Positions 9,561 through 20,480 of a stretch of DNA of 64,000 bases are shown piece by piece; position 1 is the stretch's first letter; every line of letters begins with the position of its first letter. A program made the translations under genes and the position numbers. Where the stretch lies: assembly GCA_965228895.1 (NCBI GenBank), contig OZ245842.1, forward strand, positions 1,664,001 through 1,728,000, given 5' to 3'. The notes beneath the pieces were generated by a model. The model did not search any database. It was not told the DNA's origin and was given only the letters and a program-made list of their open reading frames with translations. This DNA comes from Alphaproteobacteria bacterium. GTDB lineage: Bacteria > Pseudomonadota > Alphaproteobacteria > SP197.

Positions 9561-11794
9561 CCCTCGTTGAGTGGTGCCGGATCGGCGAAACGCCGCAGCA
9601 CGTTATCGGTGATCGTGGAGACGTCGTTGTCGTAGTTATTGTGCCCCAGGCTCGCGGACCAACTGATCGAGCCGGTCGAAAAGACAGCCGACCCGTCAGG
9701 CTTGGTGAAGTACGCCATATCGGCGCGCACCCTGGGGTTGGCGTCGCCGGTGATGGCGGCGTGGTTGAAGACAACCTCGTCGGGGCTCAGCATGTAGTAA
9801 CCGGAATGGCCGGTCGAGCTGGCCAGGACAATGGTATCGGTCGGCGAGCCCAGCACGGTGTCGACACCGTCCAGTTCGATGCCCGCCGCGCCGCCCAACA
9901 CGCCGAAGTCACCGATGACGTCACCCTCGACGCCCTCCATGATCCAGCGGGCGCGTGGATCGTCGGCGCCGGGCTGGCGCACATACCAGCCGCAGGTATC
10001 GAAGCCGGTGGCGAAGGTGCCGATACCGACCAGGCTTTGCGGTGGCCGGCCGATGCGTTTCCACAAGCCGCCGTATTCGCCGCTAAAGCTCAGATAGGAT
10101 TCGCCGGGCCGCGACGCCCAGAATCGCGCACCGCTCTCAGGCCGGCGAACCTCGATAACATCGCCGGGCCGTTCTGGGTGAAAGGCGATCCGCCAATAAA
10201 AGCCGTTGCCGCCCAGGTACATGAGGCGCCCGCCCTGGGCGAGGTAGGCGACCATCGCGTCCCACATGACCGTCGACCAGTATTCCGGGTGGGTTCCCGT
10301 CACGATGACGTTGTGCGGCGCCAGCGCCTCGAGGCCCTCATAGTGGATCGCTTCATCCGTCACGACGTCATAGTCGTGCCCCTTCGCCTCCATCCAGTCG
10401 GTCACATGGGTATCCGCGTTGAAGCTCCAGACGCTCCCCTTGGGCGAATAGTTCAGGACGATTGGTCTGAGCCGCGAGCTGTACATGGAGCCGGACCCAT
10501 CGCGGTGGGTGTCATAGGTCGAAAGGCCGAGGTCGCGACGCTCGTTCAGGAATAGCTCGTCCGGTGCGTAGGCAATGATGCGGCCGCGCTTGACCTCCGC
10601 TTTCTCTTCATCGATTTGCCAATGATAGTTGGAGTAAGCGAGGTAGGTCGCCGTCGAAGCCAGAAACGCGATCTTCTGTTTTGGCCCATCCTTGGCGGGG
10701 CGCACGAAGAACGGGATGTAGCATTCGTCGTCGCCGGATCGGCAGCGCGCGCAATAGACACCACTCCTCAGGTCGTCGGGAAGCGTGACCGTTACGTCCG
10801 TTTGCCATGCGGCATCGAGCACATCGTCATCATGGAAATGGATGGCACTGTAGTGCGCGGGATTTCTTGTCCAGTCCTGGACCGAGCTGTTCCAGTGATA
10901 CCCGGTGACCGCACGTGTCGGCAGGTTGACCAGATGGCCGTCGAGGCGGTTGGCGGAGAGGTCTGGGAAACGGTCGGTCGGAATGTCGCGGCCGAAGTCC
11001 CAGGCAGCGACCAGCCAGTCGCGATCGGGCGGTTCGGCCTGGGCCAGCAGCGACATGTCGTCGCAGACAAGCGCCTTCGACGCGATCCGCGGGCTATCGA
11101 TGCGGCCGTTAAAGAGGCCGGCCATATGCGGCTTGCCGTCGTCGTGCCAGCCGACCTGCCAGGCGGCCAGGTGCAGATCGTGATCGGCGGCAAAGACGAT
11201 GTTGGCAGGCGCTTTGCCGACGGTCATGGCATGGGGATCGATGGTGGTGAAGCGGGCGTCCGGTTCCTGCCACAGCACGACGTCGCCGGTTTCCGCATCA
11301 TAGGTCGCGGCGACGAAAGCCCATTCCCACGCCAGCATCGGAGTGCCGGTCGTGACCGTCACCAGTTCATCGCCATTGCCGACCATCAGCGCCAGCGCGC
11401 CATCATCATCCAGAATGAGCGCGAAACCTGGTCGCTTAGGACCGGAGCCGCGGCTAATGATCGTCTGTCGGCCATCGCCCGGCAGGGTCGGCATGATGAA
11501 GGCCTGCAGCGTGAAGCTCGACAACCGATCGAGCACCGGCGCCGTCGGCACGACCGCATAGGAGCCCGCGTGGATCGGCTGAAAGCGCCCGGGATAAGAG
11601 CCGTCGGCTTCGGTCTCGATGGGGATTTCTTTGTAGGGTGTGCCGCCGGGCGCGATGACGCCGTTGACCAGGCGCACGACATCGAAGTTGTAGCTTGGCA
11701 AGTCCTCGGCGCTGATCTTGAAGTCGACGGTATCGCCCGGCCGCAAACTGATGCGGTCGGCGTAGCCCAGAAGGCGGCGTTTGTAATCGAGCAC
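9557..11794 (-). CDS. N,N-dimethylformamidase large (beta) subunit family protein, copy 2
   Basis: HYSAIHFHDDD, TYLAYSN, GLSTYDTH, GTHPEYW, YLGGNGFYW, AAGIELD; stop overlaps start of copy 1. Confidence 0.88.
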   Translation of the reverse strand: MLDYKRRLLGYADRISLRPGDTVDFKISAEDLPSYNFDVVRLVNGVIAPGGTPYKEIPIETEADGSYPGRFQPIHAGSYAVVPTAPVLDRLSSFTLQAFIMPTLPGDGRQTIISRGSGPKRPGFALILDDDGALALMVGNGDELVTVTTGTPMLAWEWAFVAATYDAETGDVVLWQEPDARFTTIDPHAMTVGKAPANIVFAADHDLHLAAWQVGWHDDGKPHMAGLFNGRIDSPRIASKALVCDDMSLLAQAEPPDRDWLVAAWDFGRDIPTDRFPDLSANRLDGHLVNLPTRAVTGYHWNSSVQDWTRNPAHYSAIHFHDDDVLDAAWQTDVTVTLPDDLRSGVYCARCRSGDDECYIPFFVRPAKDGPKQKIAFLASTATYLAYSNYHWQIDEEKAEVKRGRIIAYAPDELFLNERRDLGLSTYDTHRDGSGSMYSSRLRPIVLNYSPKGSVWSFNADTHVTDWMEAKGHDYDVVTDEAIHYEGLEALAPHNVIVTGTHPEYWSTVMWDAMVAYLAQGGRLMYLGGNGFYWRIAFHPERPGDVIEVRRPESGARFWASRPGESYLSFSGEYGGLWKRIGRPPQSLVGIGTFATGFDTCGWYVRQPGADDPRARWIMEGVEGDVIGDFGVLGGAAGIELDGVDTVLGSPTDTIVLASSTGHSGYYMLSPDEVVFNHAAITGDANPRVRADMAYFTKPDGSAVFSTGSISWSASLGHNNYDNDVSTITDNVLRRFADPAPLNEG

Positions 11795-11803
11795 GGCGTC
11801 AGA

Positions 11804-12109
11804 TCACGCGTCAGCCAGATCTTGCCCGGTATGCTTTTTCCATCGCAGTTTGAAGATGTGCCACTCGGCATCACCGATGTCGTTGAAGGTGACGTCCTCG
11901 AACATGGTGACGGGGACGCCGCGCTTGCCCGGCAGTTGCGCCAGGCACCATTCCTTGTGCGGTTTGGTGCAAACCAGCACATACTTGCCTTCCAGAGGTT
12001 CCCAGCGCATCACATTCAGGACCTTCTGAAGTTCCGCGCTGTGCGGACCGAACGGCTTGGCCTTGAACTCCTCGGCGAGATCAGTGCGTGCCGGGTCGAT
12101 CTGGTACAT
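11804..12109 (-). CDS. N,N-dimethylformamidase small (alpha) subunit-like protein
   Basis: EEFKAKPFGPHSAELQKVLN..R..P..GKY...AEWHIFKLRW; GGAGGA RBS; lies immediately upstream of the beta genes. Confidence 0.75.
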   Translation of the reverse strand: MYQIDPARTDLAEEFKAKPFGPHSAELQKVLNVMRWEPLEGKYVLVCTKPHKEWCLAQLPGKRGVPVTMFEDVTFNDIGDAEWHIFKLRWKKHTGQDLADA

Positions 12110-12193
12110 CGGGTGTGTCCTCCGTTCACCTTTGTGTGCCAGTAGACCGCCCGGCACGGCGGCTGGCAAGGATTTGCGGGCAGTACCGGCGAC

Positions 12194-12231
12194 AAAAAAA
12201 GAAGGGCCACGTCCTGTGGACGCGACCCTTC
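12194..12231 (-). terminator. Intrinsic terminator of groESL
   Basis: Minus strand GAAGGGTCGCGTCC-aca-GGACGTGGCCCTTC-TTTTTTT. Confidence 0.85.
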
Positions 12232-12318
12232 CAATTCGGCTCTTTGAACCCGGACGTTAGGGCATGATCTTAGAGACCGATTCACGACCCACATGTTTCG
12301 ATGTGGGCCGATCGGGCT

Positions 12319-13959
<1,641 letters not shown>

Positions 13960-13971
13960 CTATTCTCCTGT

Positions 13972-14286
13972 TTACGCGGCTTTTCTGGACCGCTTGGTCG
14001 CCTCGATGACGCCCATGATGTCGGTTTCTTTCATGATGATGAGGTCTTCACCGTCGACCTTGACCTCGGTGCCCGACCATTTGCCGAACAAAACGCGGTC
14101 GCCCTTTTTGACGTCGAGCGGCTGGACCTTGCCGTTCTCGTCGCGCGCGCCGGAGCCGGTGGCGACGATGACACCTTCCATTGGCTTTTCCTGGGCGGTG
14201 TCGGGAATGATGATCCCGCCTGCGGTCTTTTCCTCGCTATCGACGCGACGGACCAGAACGCGGTCATGCAGCGGTTTCAATGCCAT
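13972..14286 (-). CDS. groES: Co-chaperonin GroES
   Basis: [35 protein letters not shown]. Confidence 0.98.
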   Translation of the reverse strand: MALKPLHDRVLVRRVDSEEKTAGGIIIPDTAQEKPMEGVIVATGSGARDENGKVQPLDVKKGDRVLFGKWSGTEVKVDGEDLIIMKETDIMGVIEATKRSRKAA

Positions 14287-14329
14287 GCTTCGTTCTCCTC
14301 GAGAGAAGTCGTTGATGTCGTCTGAACTC

Positions 14330-14356
14330 TTAGCACTCTCCAGTCGGGAGTGCTAA
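14330..14356. promoter_or_regulatory. CIRCE element (HrcA operator)
   Basis: Perfect TTAGCACTC-N9-GAGTGCTAA upstream of groES. Confidence 0.97.
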
Positions 14357-14361
14357 CCGCG

Positions 14362-14390
14362 ATATGGCGGACCCGCGTGCTATCGTCAAG
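14362..14390 (-). promoter_or_regulatory. RpoH (sigma32)-type promoter of groESL
   Basis: Minus strand CTTGAC-N17-CCATAT just upstream of CIRCE, resembling the alphaproteobacterial RpoH consensus. Confidence 0.7.
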
Positions 14391-14438
14391 AGGCGGGGCC
14401 GGTGTCGCGATCAGAAATCGCCGGGGTGGGACAGGGTT

Positions 14439-15692
14439 CTACTTTTTGTCGCCCGGGCGGCGGGTCAGCCGTTTGGCGCGTTGGGCCAGTTCATGCTCGA
14501 CATCGGCCAAGTCGACGCCGGCCCGCGCCATGGCGGTCAGCGTAAAATAGATCAGGTCAGCGGTCTCGTGGGTGATTTCGCCTTTATCGGCCGCGGCGGC
14601 CAGCTCGCCGGCTTCCTCGACCAGTTTGGCATCCAGCAAACCGGCCTCGGTGAACAGGCGGCGCGTATAGGAGCCTTCGGGTGCCGCGTCGCGGCGCGCG
14701 GCAATCAGGCGCGCCAAGGCCGGCAGACCGTCGGCCTCGCCCCAGCAGGTGTGGGTGTCCAGGTGGCAGAAGCCGGGCGCGGCCTGGCGCACCCGATAAC
14801 GCAGGGTATCGCGGTCACAATCCAGATCGATGTTCAGCAGTTCCTGAGTCGCGCCCGATGTCTTGCCCTTGATCCAGAGACCACGGCTGCGCGAGTGGTA
14901 GGCGCCGACACGCCCGTCGACGGCGGCGCGCAGGCTTTGCAGGTCCGAATAGGCGAGGCCCAGGGCGACGCCATGTTCGTCGGTCACGACCGTCGGCCAC
15001 AAGCCGTCGGGCCGGTCCGAGGTCAATGGCGCGGCAATCGCATCGGCCAGGTGCAGGCGGCCGGAATAGAGCGCCATGCCGACCTGGGCGTCCGCGCCAA
15101 GCTTGTCGGCGGCGGCGATATCCTCAGGCGTCGTGAAACCGCCGGCGACCGTCAGGTCGGCGTCGCCGGCGGCGTCCTTCAGCTTGGCGATTCCGTCGAG
15201 GTCGATGCCCTCCATGCGGCCTTCGCGTTCGACAAAGGTCACCAGGAAGCCGCCGACCAGGCCCTTCAACTCGGCCATGCGGTCTTCGACCGTGGCACCG
15301 GTCTTGGTCGTCCAGCCATGGGTCACGACCTCGCCGCGCACCGCGTCGAGGGCGGCAATGACCCGCTCGGGCGGCAATTCTGACAGGATCTCGGGCTTGG
15401 CAGCAGTCCCCAGGATGATCTTGTCGGCGCCCGCATCGAGCCAGCGGATGGCCGTCTCGATATCGCGAATGCCACCACCAACGCGGCACGGCGCCATGCG
15501 GACCAGCTCTTTGATCAAGTCCGCGTTGTCGCCCTGGCCAAGCGCCGCGTCCAGGTCAATGACGGCGATGTCCCCGGCTAGCCGGAAGGTCTCGGCGATC
15601 GGGCGGGGGTCGCCCGCGTCGATAGCCCGTTCCTTGCCGCCAATGAGCTGAACCGCCTGGCCGCCCATCAGGTCGATGGAGGGAATGATCAT
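14439..15692 (-). CDS. HisA-HisI-HisE fusion (ProFAR isomerase / PR-AMP cyclohydrolase / PR-ATP pyrophosphatase)
   Basis: N-terminal IIPSIDL..G.AVQL, GGGIRD TIM barrel; YHSRSRGLWIKGKTSG, DCDRD, FCH...TCW (HisI); GSYTRRL, KLVEEAGE, ETADLIYF (HisE). Confidence 0.88.
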   Translation of the reverse strand: MIIPSIDLMGGQAVQLIGGKERAIDAGDPRPIAETFRLAGDIAVIDLDAALGQGDNADLIKELVRMAPCRVGGGIRDIETAIRWLDAGADKIILGTAAKPEILSELPPERVIAALDAVRGEVVTHGWTTKTGATVEDRMAELKGLVGGFLVTFVEREGRMEGIDLDGIAKLKDAAGDADLTVAGGFTTPEDIAAADKLGADAQVGMALYSGRLHLADAIAAPLTSDRPDGLWPTVVTDEHGVALGLAYSDLQSLRAAVDGRVGAYHSRSRGLWIKGKTSGATQELLNIDLDCDRDTLRYRVRQAAPGFCHLDTHTCWGEADGLPALARLIAARRDAAPEGSYTRRLFTEAGLLDAKLVEEAGELAAAADKGEITHETADLIYFTLTAMARAGVDLADVEHELAQRAKRLTRRPGDKK

Positions 15693-16888
15693 TCGGCCGG
15701 TTCCTCAGCTTTGATGGTCGGGAAGGCAAGCGTCGACATGATCGCGATCACCGCCGATATGACCGCGAACACGGACGCCAGGACAAAGGCATAGGCGAGG
15801 TTGATGTCGCCGGCCAAGCCGCCCAGCAACGCACCCAGTGCGCCGACTCCATCCATGATGACAAAGGTTATGCCGAGCGTCGTGCCTTCGCGCTTGCCGG
15901 CAAAGTCGACGGCCGAGGCAAGCACTACCGAACGCACACCATAGAACGCGCCGACCATCGCAATCAGGAAAAGAACGGCGAGGGCGGGCGAGGTGACAAA
16001 CGGCATGGCAAGGCCGAGCGGCGCGGCAGCCAGCAGCGACCAGGCAAAGATCTTGCGCCGGCCGCGCAGGTCCGAGAGATGCCCCATCAATGGCTGCAGC
16101 ACAGCGCCCGCCATGATCATGGCGGCGAAGACCAGACCGGCCCAGGTCGACGAGAGCCCGAGATCCTGCACCAGGTAAAGCGTCGCCATGGCGAGTACGG
16201 CCATCACCGCCATGTTGTAGACGCTGATCATGCCGACCATGGCGAGACCGGTTCGTGTCGTCCATTGCTGCCACACCTCGCGCAGATCGCCGAGCGATGC
16301 GCGGCCTTGTGCCGCCGGCGGGACGACGCGGCGCAGCGCGAAGAACACGAAACCCATGATCGCTGCCGGAATGACCGCCAGCATCAGGCCGGTGCGCCAG
16401 TCGACGACGGTCAGCAACACGCCGGTGAGCAGTGGTGCAAAAACCTCCGCCAGGGTGCCGCCCATGGCGTGAATGCCCAGGATGCGTGCGCGCTGCCGAG
16501 GCATCGCTTGGGTCAGCGTGCCGGTCGCCAGAGGGTGCCAGGCCGACGTCCCCATGCCGGCCAGCGCCAGCAGCAGGGTCAGCGTCCAAAAGTCCGGCGC
16601 GGCGCTGGCTGCCAGATAGCCGATGACCACCCAAACGAACGTCATGACAAAAAGCCGGCCGCGGCGTTGTGAGGAATCGGTCAGGAGGCCGGCGGGAATG
16701 TGGACCGCCGTGCTGCCGACCGCCGTAATGGCAAACAGCAGGCCAAGGTCGCCTGGGCTCAGATCCATGGCGACGGCGATTGTCGGCGCCAGAATCCAGA
16801 TCGCGCCGTGGGGCCAATCCACGGCCATATGGCCCAGACAAAAGGCCACGATGGGCAATCGCGGCTTCGAGGTTGCGGTATCTGTCAT
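15689..16888 (-). CDS. MFS transporter (Fsr-like)
   Basis: About 12 hydrophobic segments; GLLTDSSQRR and GHLSDLRGRR motif-A repeats; stop overlaps the start of the hisA fusion. Confidence 0.88.
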   Translation of the reverse strand: MTDTATSKPRLPIVAFCLGHMAVDWPHGAIWILAPTIAVAMDLSPGDLGLLFAITAVGSTAVHIPAGLLTDSSQRRGRLFVMTFVWVVIGYLAASAAPDFWTLTLLLALAGMGTSAWHPLATGTLTQAMPRQRARILGIHAMGGTLAEVFAPLLTGVLLTVVDWRTGLMLAVIPAAIMGFVFFALRRVVPPAAQGRASLGDLREVWQQWTTRTGLAMVGMISVYNMAVMAVLAMATLYLVQDLGLSSTWAGLVFAAMIMAGAVLQPLMGHLSDLRGRRKIFAWSLLAAAPLGLAMPFVTSPALAVLFLIAMVGAFYGVRSVVLASAVDFAGKREGTTLGITFVIMDGVGALGALLGGLAGDINLAYAFVLASVFAVISAVIAIMSTLAFPTIKAEEPAE

Positions 16889-16986
16889 GGTGACGCGAGT
16901 TCCCGGGCGGCGGGCACGGCCAAGACGCCCCTGATAGGCCAATCGGGATATCGAAACAATCTGGCGTAGAAAATATTCTTGGGCGA

Positions 16987-17751
16987 TCAGATGGCGTCGA
17001 TGCGCGTCGGTATGCCGGCGGCAACCATTGCCTCTTTGATGTCGTTCACTGTGAAGTCGCCATCATGGAATATCGAGGCGGCTAGAACGGCATCCGCGCC
17101 CGCTTTGATGGCCGCCACCAGGTGATCGGGATGGGCCGCGCCGCCCGATGCGATGACCGGCACGTTGACGGCTTCAGACACCGCCTTCAACAAGTCGGTG
17201 TCGTAGCCGGCACGGGTGCCGTCGCGATCCCAACTCGTCAGCAGAATTTCGCCGGCGCCGCATTCGGTCGCCTCGCGCGCCCAGGCGATGGCGTCCTTGC
17301 CGGTGCGCTCCTTGCCCGACTTGGTCACGACCTCCCAGCCGCCGGCTTCGCGGCGCGACGCATCGATCGAGACGACGGCGCACTGGCTGCCGAACTTCTC
17401 GGCGATGTCACTCAGAAGACCCGGGCGTTCGACCGCGGCCGTATTCGCGCCGACCTTGTCGGCGCCGGCTTCCAGCAACGCGCCCGCGTCCTCGGTCTTC
17501 CTGACGCCGCCGCCGACGGTCATGGGAATGCCGAGTTCCGCCCGGACGGCCGCAACGGTTTCCAGCGCGTTGCCCCGGCCTTCCGGTGTCGCGGAGACGT
17601 CGAGCAGGACAAGTTCGTCGGCGCCTTGGTGCTCATAGGCAAGCGACAGTTCGACGGGGTCGCCGGCGTCGCGCATGCCTTGAAAGCGCACGCCTTTGAC
17701 GACGCGCCCGGCATCGACGTCCAGGCAGGGAATGACACGTACCGTCAGCAT
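16987..17751 (-). CDS. hisF: Imidazole glycerol phosphate synthase cyclase subunit
   Basis: RVIPCLDV, RVVKG, GADEL..LD, GEILLTSWDRDGT, ASGG, LAASIFH. Confidence 0.96.
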   Translation of the reverse strand: MLTVRVIPCLDVDAGRVVKGVRFQGMRDAGDPVELSLAYEHQGADELVLLDVSATPEGRGNALETVAAVRAELGIPMTVGGGVRKTEDAGALLEAGADKVGANTAAVERPGLLSDIAEKFGSQCAVVSIDASRREAGGWEVVTKSGKERTGKDAIAWAREATECGAGEILLTSWDRDGTRAGYDTDLLKAVSEAVNVPVIASGGAAHPDHLVAAIKAGADAVLAASIFHDGDFTVNDIKEAMVAAGIPTRIDAI

Positions 17752-18353
17752 GGCGAGGCGATCCAGCGCTTGAGCAGCTCGTGGCCGAACTGCCCGGAGA
17801 GTTCGGGGTGGAACTGGCAGGCGACAACGGCACCGCGCTCCAGCGCGGCGACAAACGGCCCGCCGTGATCGGCGGTCGCGCCAAGCCAGCCATCCGGCAC
17901 GCCGGTCACGCGATAGGAGTTCGCGAAGTAGACATAACCGGATTGGAGCAGGCGGCAGCCGGGCTCGGCATCGATCCGGTTCCATCCCAATTGCGGCACG
18001 CGCACGGTGTTGGGAAAGCGCGTGGCGGTCAGCGGCAGAATGTCGAGGCCCGTTGCGCCGGGCGTCTCCTCGCTGTCGCGGCAAAGCAATTGAAGGCCGA
18101 CACAGATCGCGAGCGTCGGGCGGCCTGCCTCAATGCGTTCGCGCAGCGGCTCGTCCAGGCCGCCGTCGCGTAGCGCCATCATCGAGGCGCCGAACGCACC
18201 GACGCCGGGCAGCATGACGTGGCCGGCCTGAAGAACGTCATCGGCGCTTTCGGCCATGCGCGGCGCACCGCCGGCGCGCCGCAACCCGGCAAAGACTGAG
18301 GCGAGGTTGGCGGTTCCGGTACGGCAGACGACGATCTCGGTCGAGGCCGTCAC
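17745..18353 (-). CDS. hisH: Imidazole glycerol phosphate synthase glutaminase subunit
   Basis: [37 protein letters not shown]. Confidence 0.95.
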   Translation of the reverse strand: MTASTEIVVCRTGTANLASVFAGLRRAGGAPRMAESADDVLQAGHVMLPGVGAFGASMMALRDGGLDEPLRERIEAGRPTLAICVGLQLLCRDSEETPGATGLDILPLTATRFPNTVRVPQLGWNRIDAEPGCRLLQSGYVYFANSYRVTGVPDGWLGATADHGGPFVAALERGAVVACQFHPELSGQFGHELLKRWIASPC

Positions 18354-18937
18354 AACACCCCCTTGGTGCTCGGCACGTCGCTGGTGCCGTCGTGGGCGAT
18401 CGCGTGACGCAGCGCCAGGGCGAGCGCCTTGAAGGCGGCTTCCGCCCTATGGTGGTCGTTATGGCCGCGCAACAGGTCGACGTGCAACGTCATCTTGGCC
18501 GCCGTCGCGAAGCTGGAGAGCGCGTGGCCGATCATCTCGGTCGACGTATCGCCCAGCTTCTCGCGCCTGAGGCCAAGCTCGACAAAGGCATAGGGCCGGC
18601 CCGACAGGTCAATGACCGCACGCGCCAGCGCCTCGTCGAGCGGTGCGTAGGCTGAGCCGAAACGGTAGATGCCGCGCTTGTCGCCAAGCGCCTGGCCAAC
18701 CGCCTCACCGAGCGCGATTGCGCAGTCTTCGACCGTATGGTGGTCGTCGACGTGTAGGTCGCCCTTGCATGTCAGCTCGACATCCATGCGGCTGTGGCGG
18801 ACCAGGGCATCGAGCAAATGATCGAGAAAGTTGAGGCCGGTCTCAACCGACGAGATGCCGGTGCCGTCCAGCGTCACCGAAACGGCAATGTCGGTTTCCT
18901 TGGTCTTGCGTTCGACACGGGCGGTGCGCTCGGACAT
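18350..18937 (-). CDS. hisB: Imidazoleglycerol-phosphate dehydratase
   Basis: [41 protein letters not shown]. Confidence 0.96.
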   Translation of the reverse strand: MSERTARVERKTKETDIAVSVTLDGTGISSVETGLNFLDHLLDALVRHSRMDVELTCKGDLHVDDHHTVEDCAIALGEAVGQALGDKRGIYRFGSAYAPLDEALARAVIDLSGRPYAFVELGLRREKLGDTSTEMIGHALSSFATAAKMTLHVDLLRGHNDHHRAEAAFKALALALRHAIAHDGTSDVPSTKGVL

Positions 18938-18944
18938 GACGGCC

Positions 18945-19829
18945 TCAGGCGATGATATTCGAGAGTTGGGTGACGACGATGTCGGTGCCGCCACGCGCTT
19001 TGATCTCAGGAATGACACGCGCCAGCGTGTCGCGCGGCACCGCCGACTTCAGCGCATAGCCGAGATCGCCGTGCAGGGGCGAAATGGTCGGCTCGCGCAT
19101 GCTGGGCAGGACATCAATGACGGCTTCAAGGCATTCGGCGGTCACGTTGACCTCGACCATGACGCGCTGGCGGGCATCCAGCACCGACGAGACCATCATG
19201 ACAAAACTCTCGATGCCGTCGCGCTTCGCCTTGTCGTCTAGGGCTGCCGGGTGAGCATAAAGCCGGGTTGACGACGTCAAGACGTCCTCGACGATATCCA
19301 GACCGTTGGCACGCAACGTCGACCCGGTCGCGGTGTTGTCGACGATGCAGTCGGCGTCTTCGGGCGGGAAGACTTCGGTCGCGCCATAGGAACGAACAAA
19401 CTGCGCGTCGAGACCGCGCTTTTCGATCCAGGCGCGCGTCAGTTTTTCGTATTCGCTGGCGACCACCAGGTGACGGCTCGGCAACGCGCCGTTTTCCAGG
19501 ATGTGCGTCCCCGCGGCCGCCACGATCCGGACGGGATCCAACCCGGTATCAATGAGCTCGACCAACCTGGCACCCTTCTCCTCGACCCAGTCCGCGCCGG
19601 CGAAGCCAAGGTCTCGGCTGCCGATATCGAGCATCTCGACAATGTTCTGCGGTTTCAACAGCTTGGCGTCGAAACCTGGCAGCGAAAGCGCCGGGCGATA
19701 GTCGCGCGCACTACGCGCGCTGGCGGTGATATGGATGCCCGCATCCTCCAGCAAGGCAAAGACGCTCTCCTGCATGCGGCCCTTGGGCAGGCCGAGGCGG
19801 ATGGTTGCGGAGGACTGGTCGTCAGGCAT
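18945..19829 (-). CDS. hisG: ATP phosphoribosyltransferase, long form with C-terminal regulatory domain
   Basis: [29 protein letters not shown]-terminal [11 protein letters not shown]...LKARGGTDI; about 294 aa. Confidence 0.93.
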   Translation of the reverse strand: MPDDQSSATIRLGLPKGRMQESVFALLEDAGIHITASARSARDYRPALSLPGFDAKLLKPQNIVEMLDIGSRDLGFAGADWVEEKGARLVELIDTGLDPVRIVAAAGTHILENGALPSRHLVVASEYEKLTRAWIEKRGLDAQFVRSYGATEVFPPEDADCIVDNTATGSTLRANGLDIVEDVLTSSTRLYAHPAALDDKAKRDGIESFVMMVSSVLDARQRVMVEVNVTAECLEAVIDVLPSMREPTISPLHGDLGYALKSAVPRDTLARVIPEIKARGGTDIVVTQLSNIIA

Positions 19830-20037
19830 AAGAGGGCCGCCGGATAAGATTGTGATCGAGGCCTTGAGACGGAGCCTTTTGACGAGGTCGACAGGCACAA
19901 GGCGCGCGGAAACTCTATGATGCGACAGACCCTGTCAACCGCATGAGAGCCAGATTAAGACAGCCGTCACATTCCGGTGCTGGATCAGTTAGGATTCAGA
20001 TCCTACCATGGGTGACTAGACTTTAGGGGTACCTCTT

Positions 20038-20409
20038 ATGAGCGTGAGCGGTGTCGACCACATCAACATCCGCACGGCGGATCTCGAGCGATGCAAGGCG
20101 TTCTATTGCGGCCTGTTGGGCCTGAAGGAAGGTTACCGGCCGCCTTTCGACAGTCCCGGTGCCTGGTTGTATGCCGGAGACGCGCCTTTGGTGCATGTCA
20201 GCCTGGCTTCTGGTTCCGACAAGCTGCCGAAAAGTGCTATCGACCATTTTGCCTTTTCAGTCAAAGGGTTCGATAAAATGATTAAAGTTTTGGAACAGGA
20301 GGGAATCCCGTTTGAGTCCTTCGAGGTGCCGGACACGCCGGCCCGCCAGATCTTTATCGAAGATCCTGATGGCGTGGCCGTTGAACTGAACTTCAGCGAC
20401 GGCACCTGA
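20038..20409 (+). CDS. VOC/glyoxalase family protein
   Basis: [37 protein letters not shown]. Confidence 0.88.
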   Translation: MSVSGVDHINIRTADLERCKAFYCGLLGLKEGYRPPFDSPGAWLYAGDAPLVHVSLASGSDKLPKSAIDHFAFSVKGFDKMIKVLEQEGIPFESFEVPDTPARQIFIEDPDGVAVELNFSDGT

Positions 20410-20420
20410 CGAAACTTTCG

Positions 20421-20449
20421 GCAGGCATACGCAGGCATACGCAGGCAAC
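20421..20449 (+). repeat. Short tandem repeat (GCAGGCATAC) x about 3
   Basis: gcaggcatac gcaggcatac gcaggcaac in the VOC-mtnA intergenic gap. Confidence 0.7.
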
Positions 20450-20480
20450 AAGACGCCTGAAAAAGGGGCAGGGGCGGAGC

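Noticed and set aside
19830-20037. His attenuator leader upstream of hisG
   Set aside because: No His-codon-rich leader peptide or terminator/antiterminator seen
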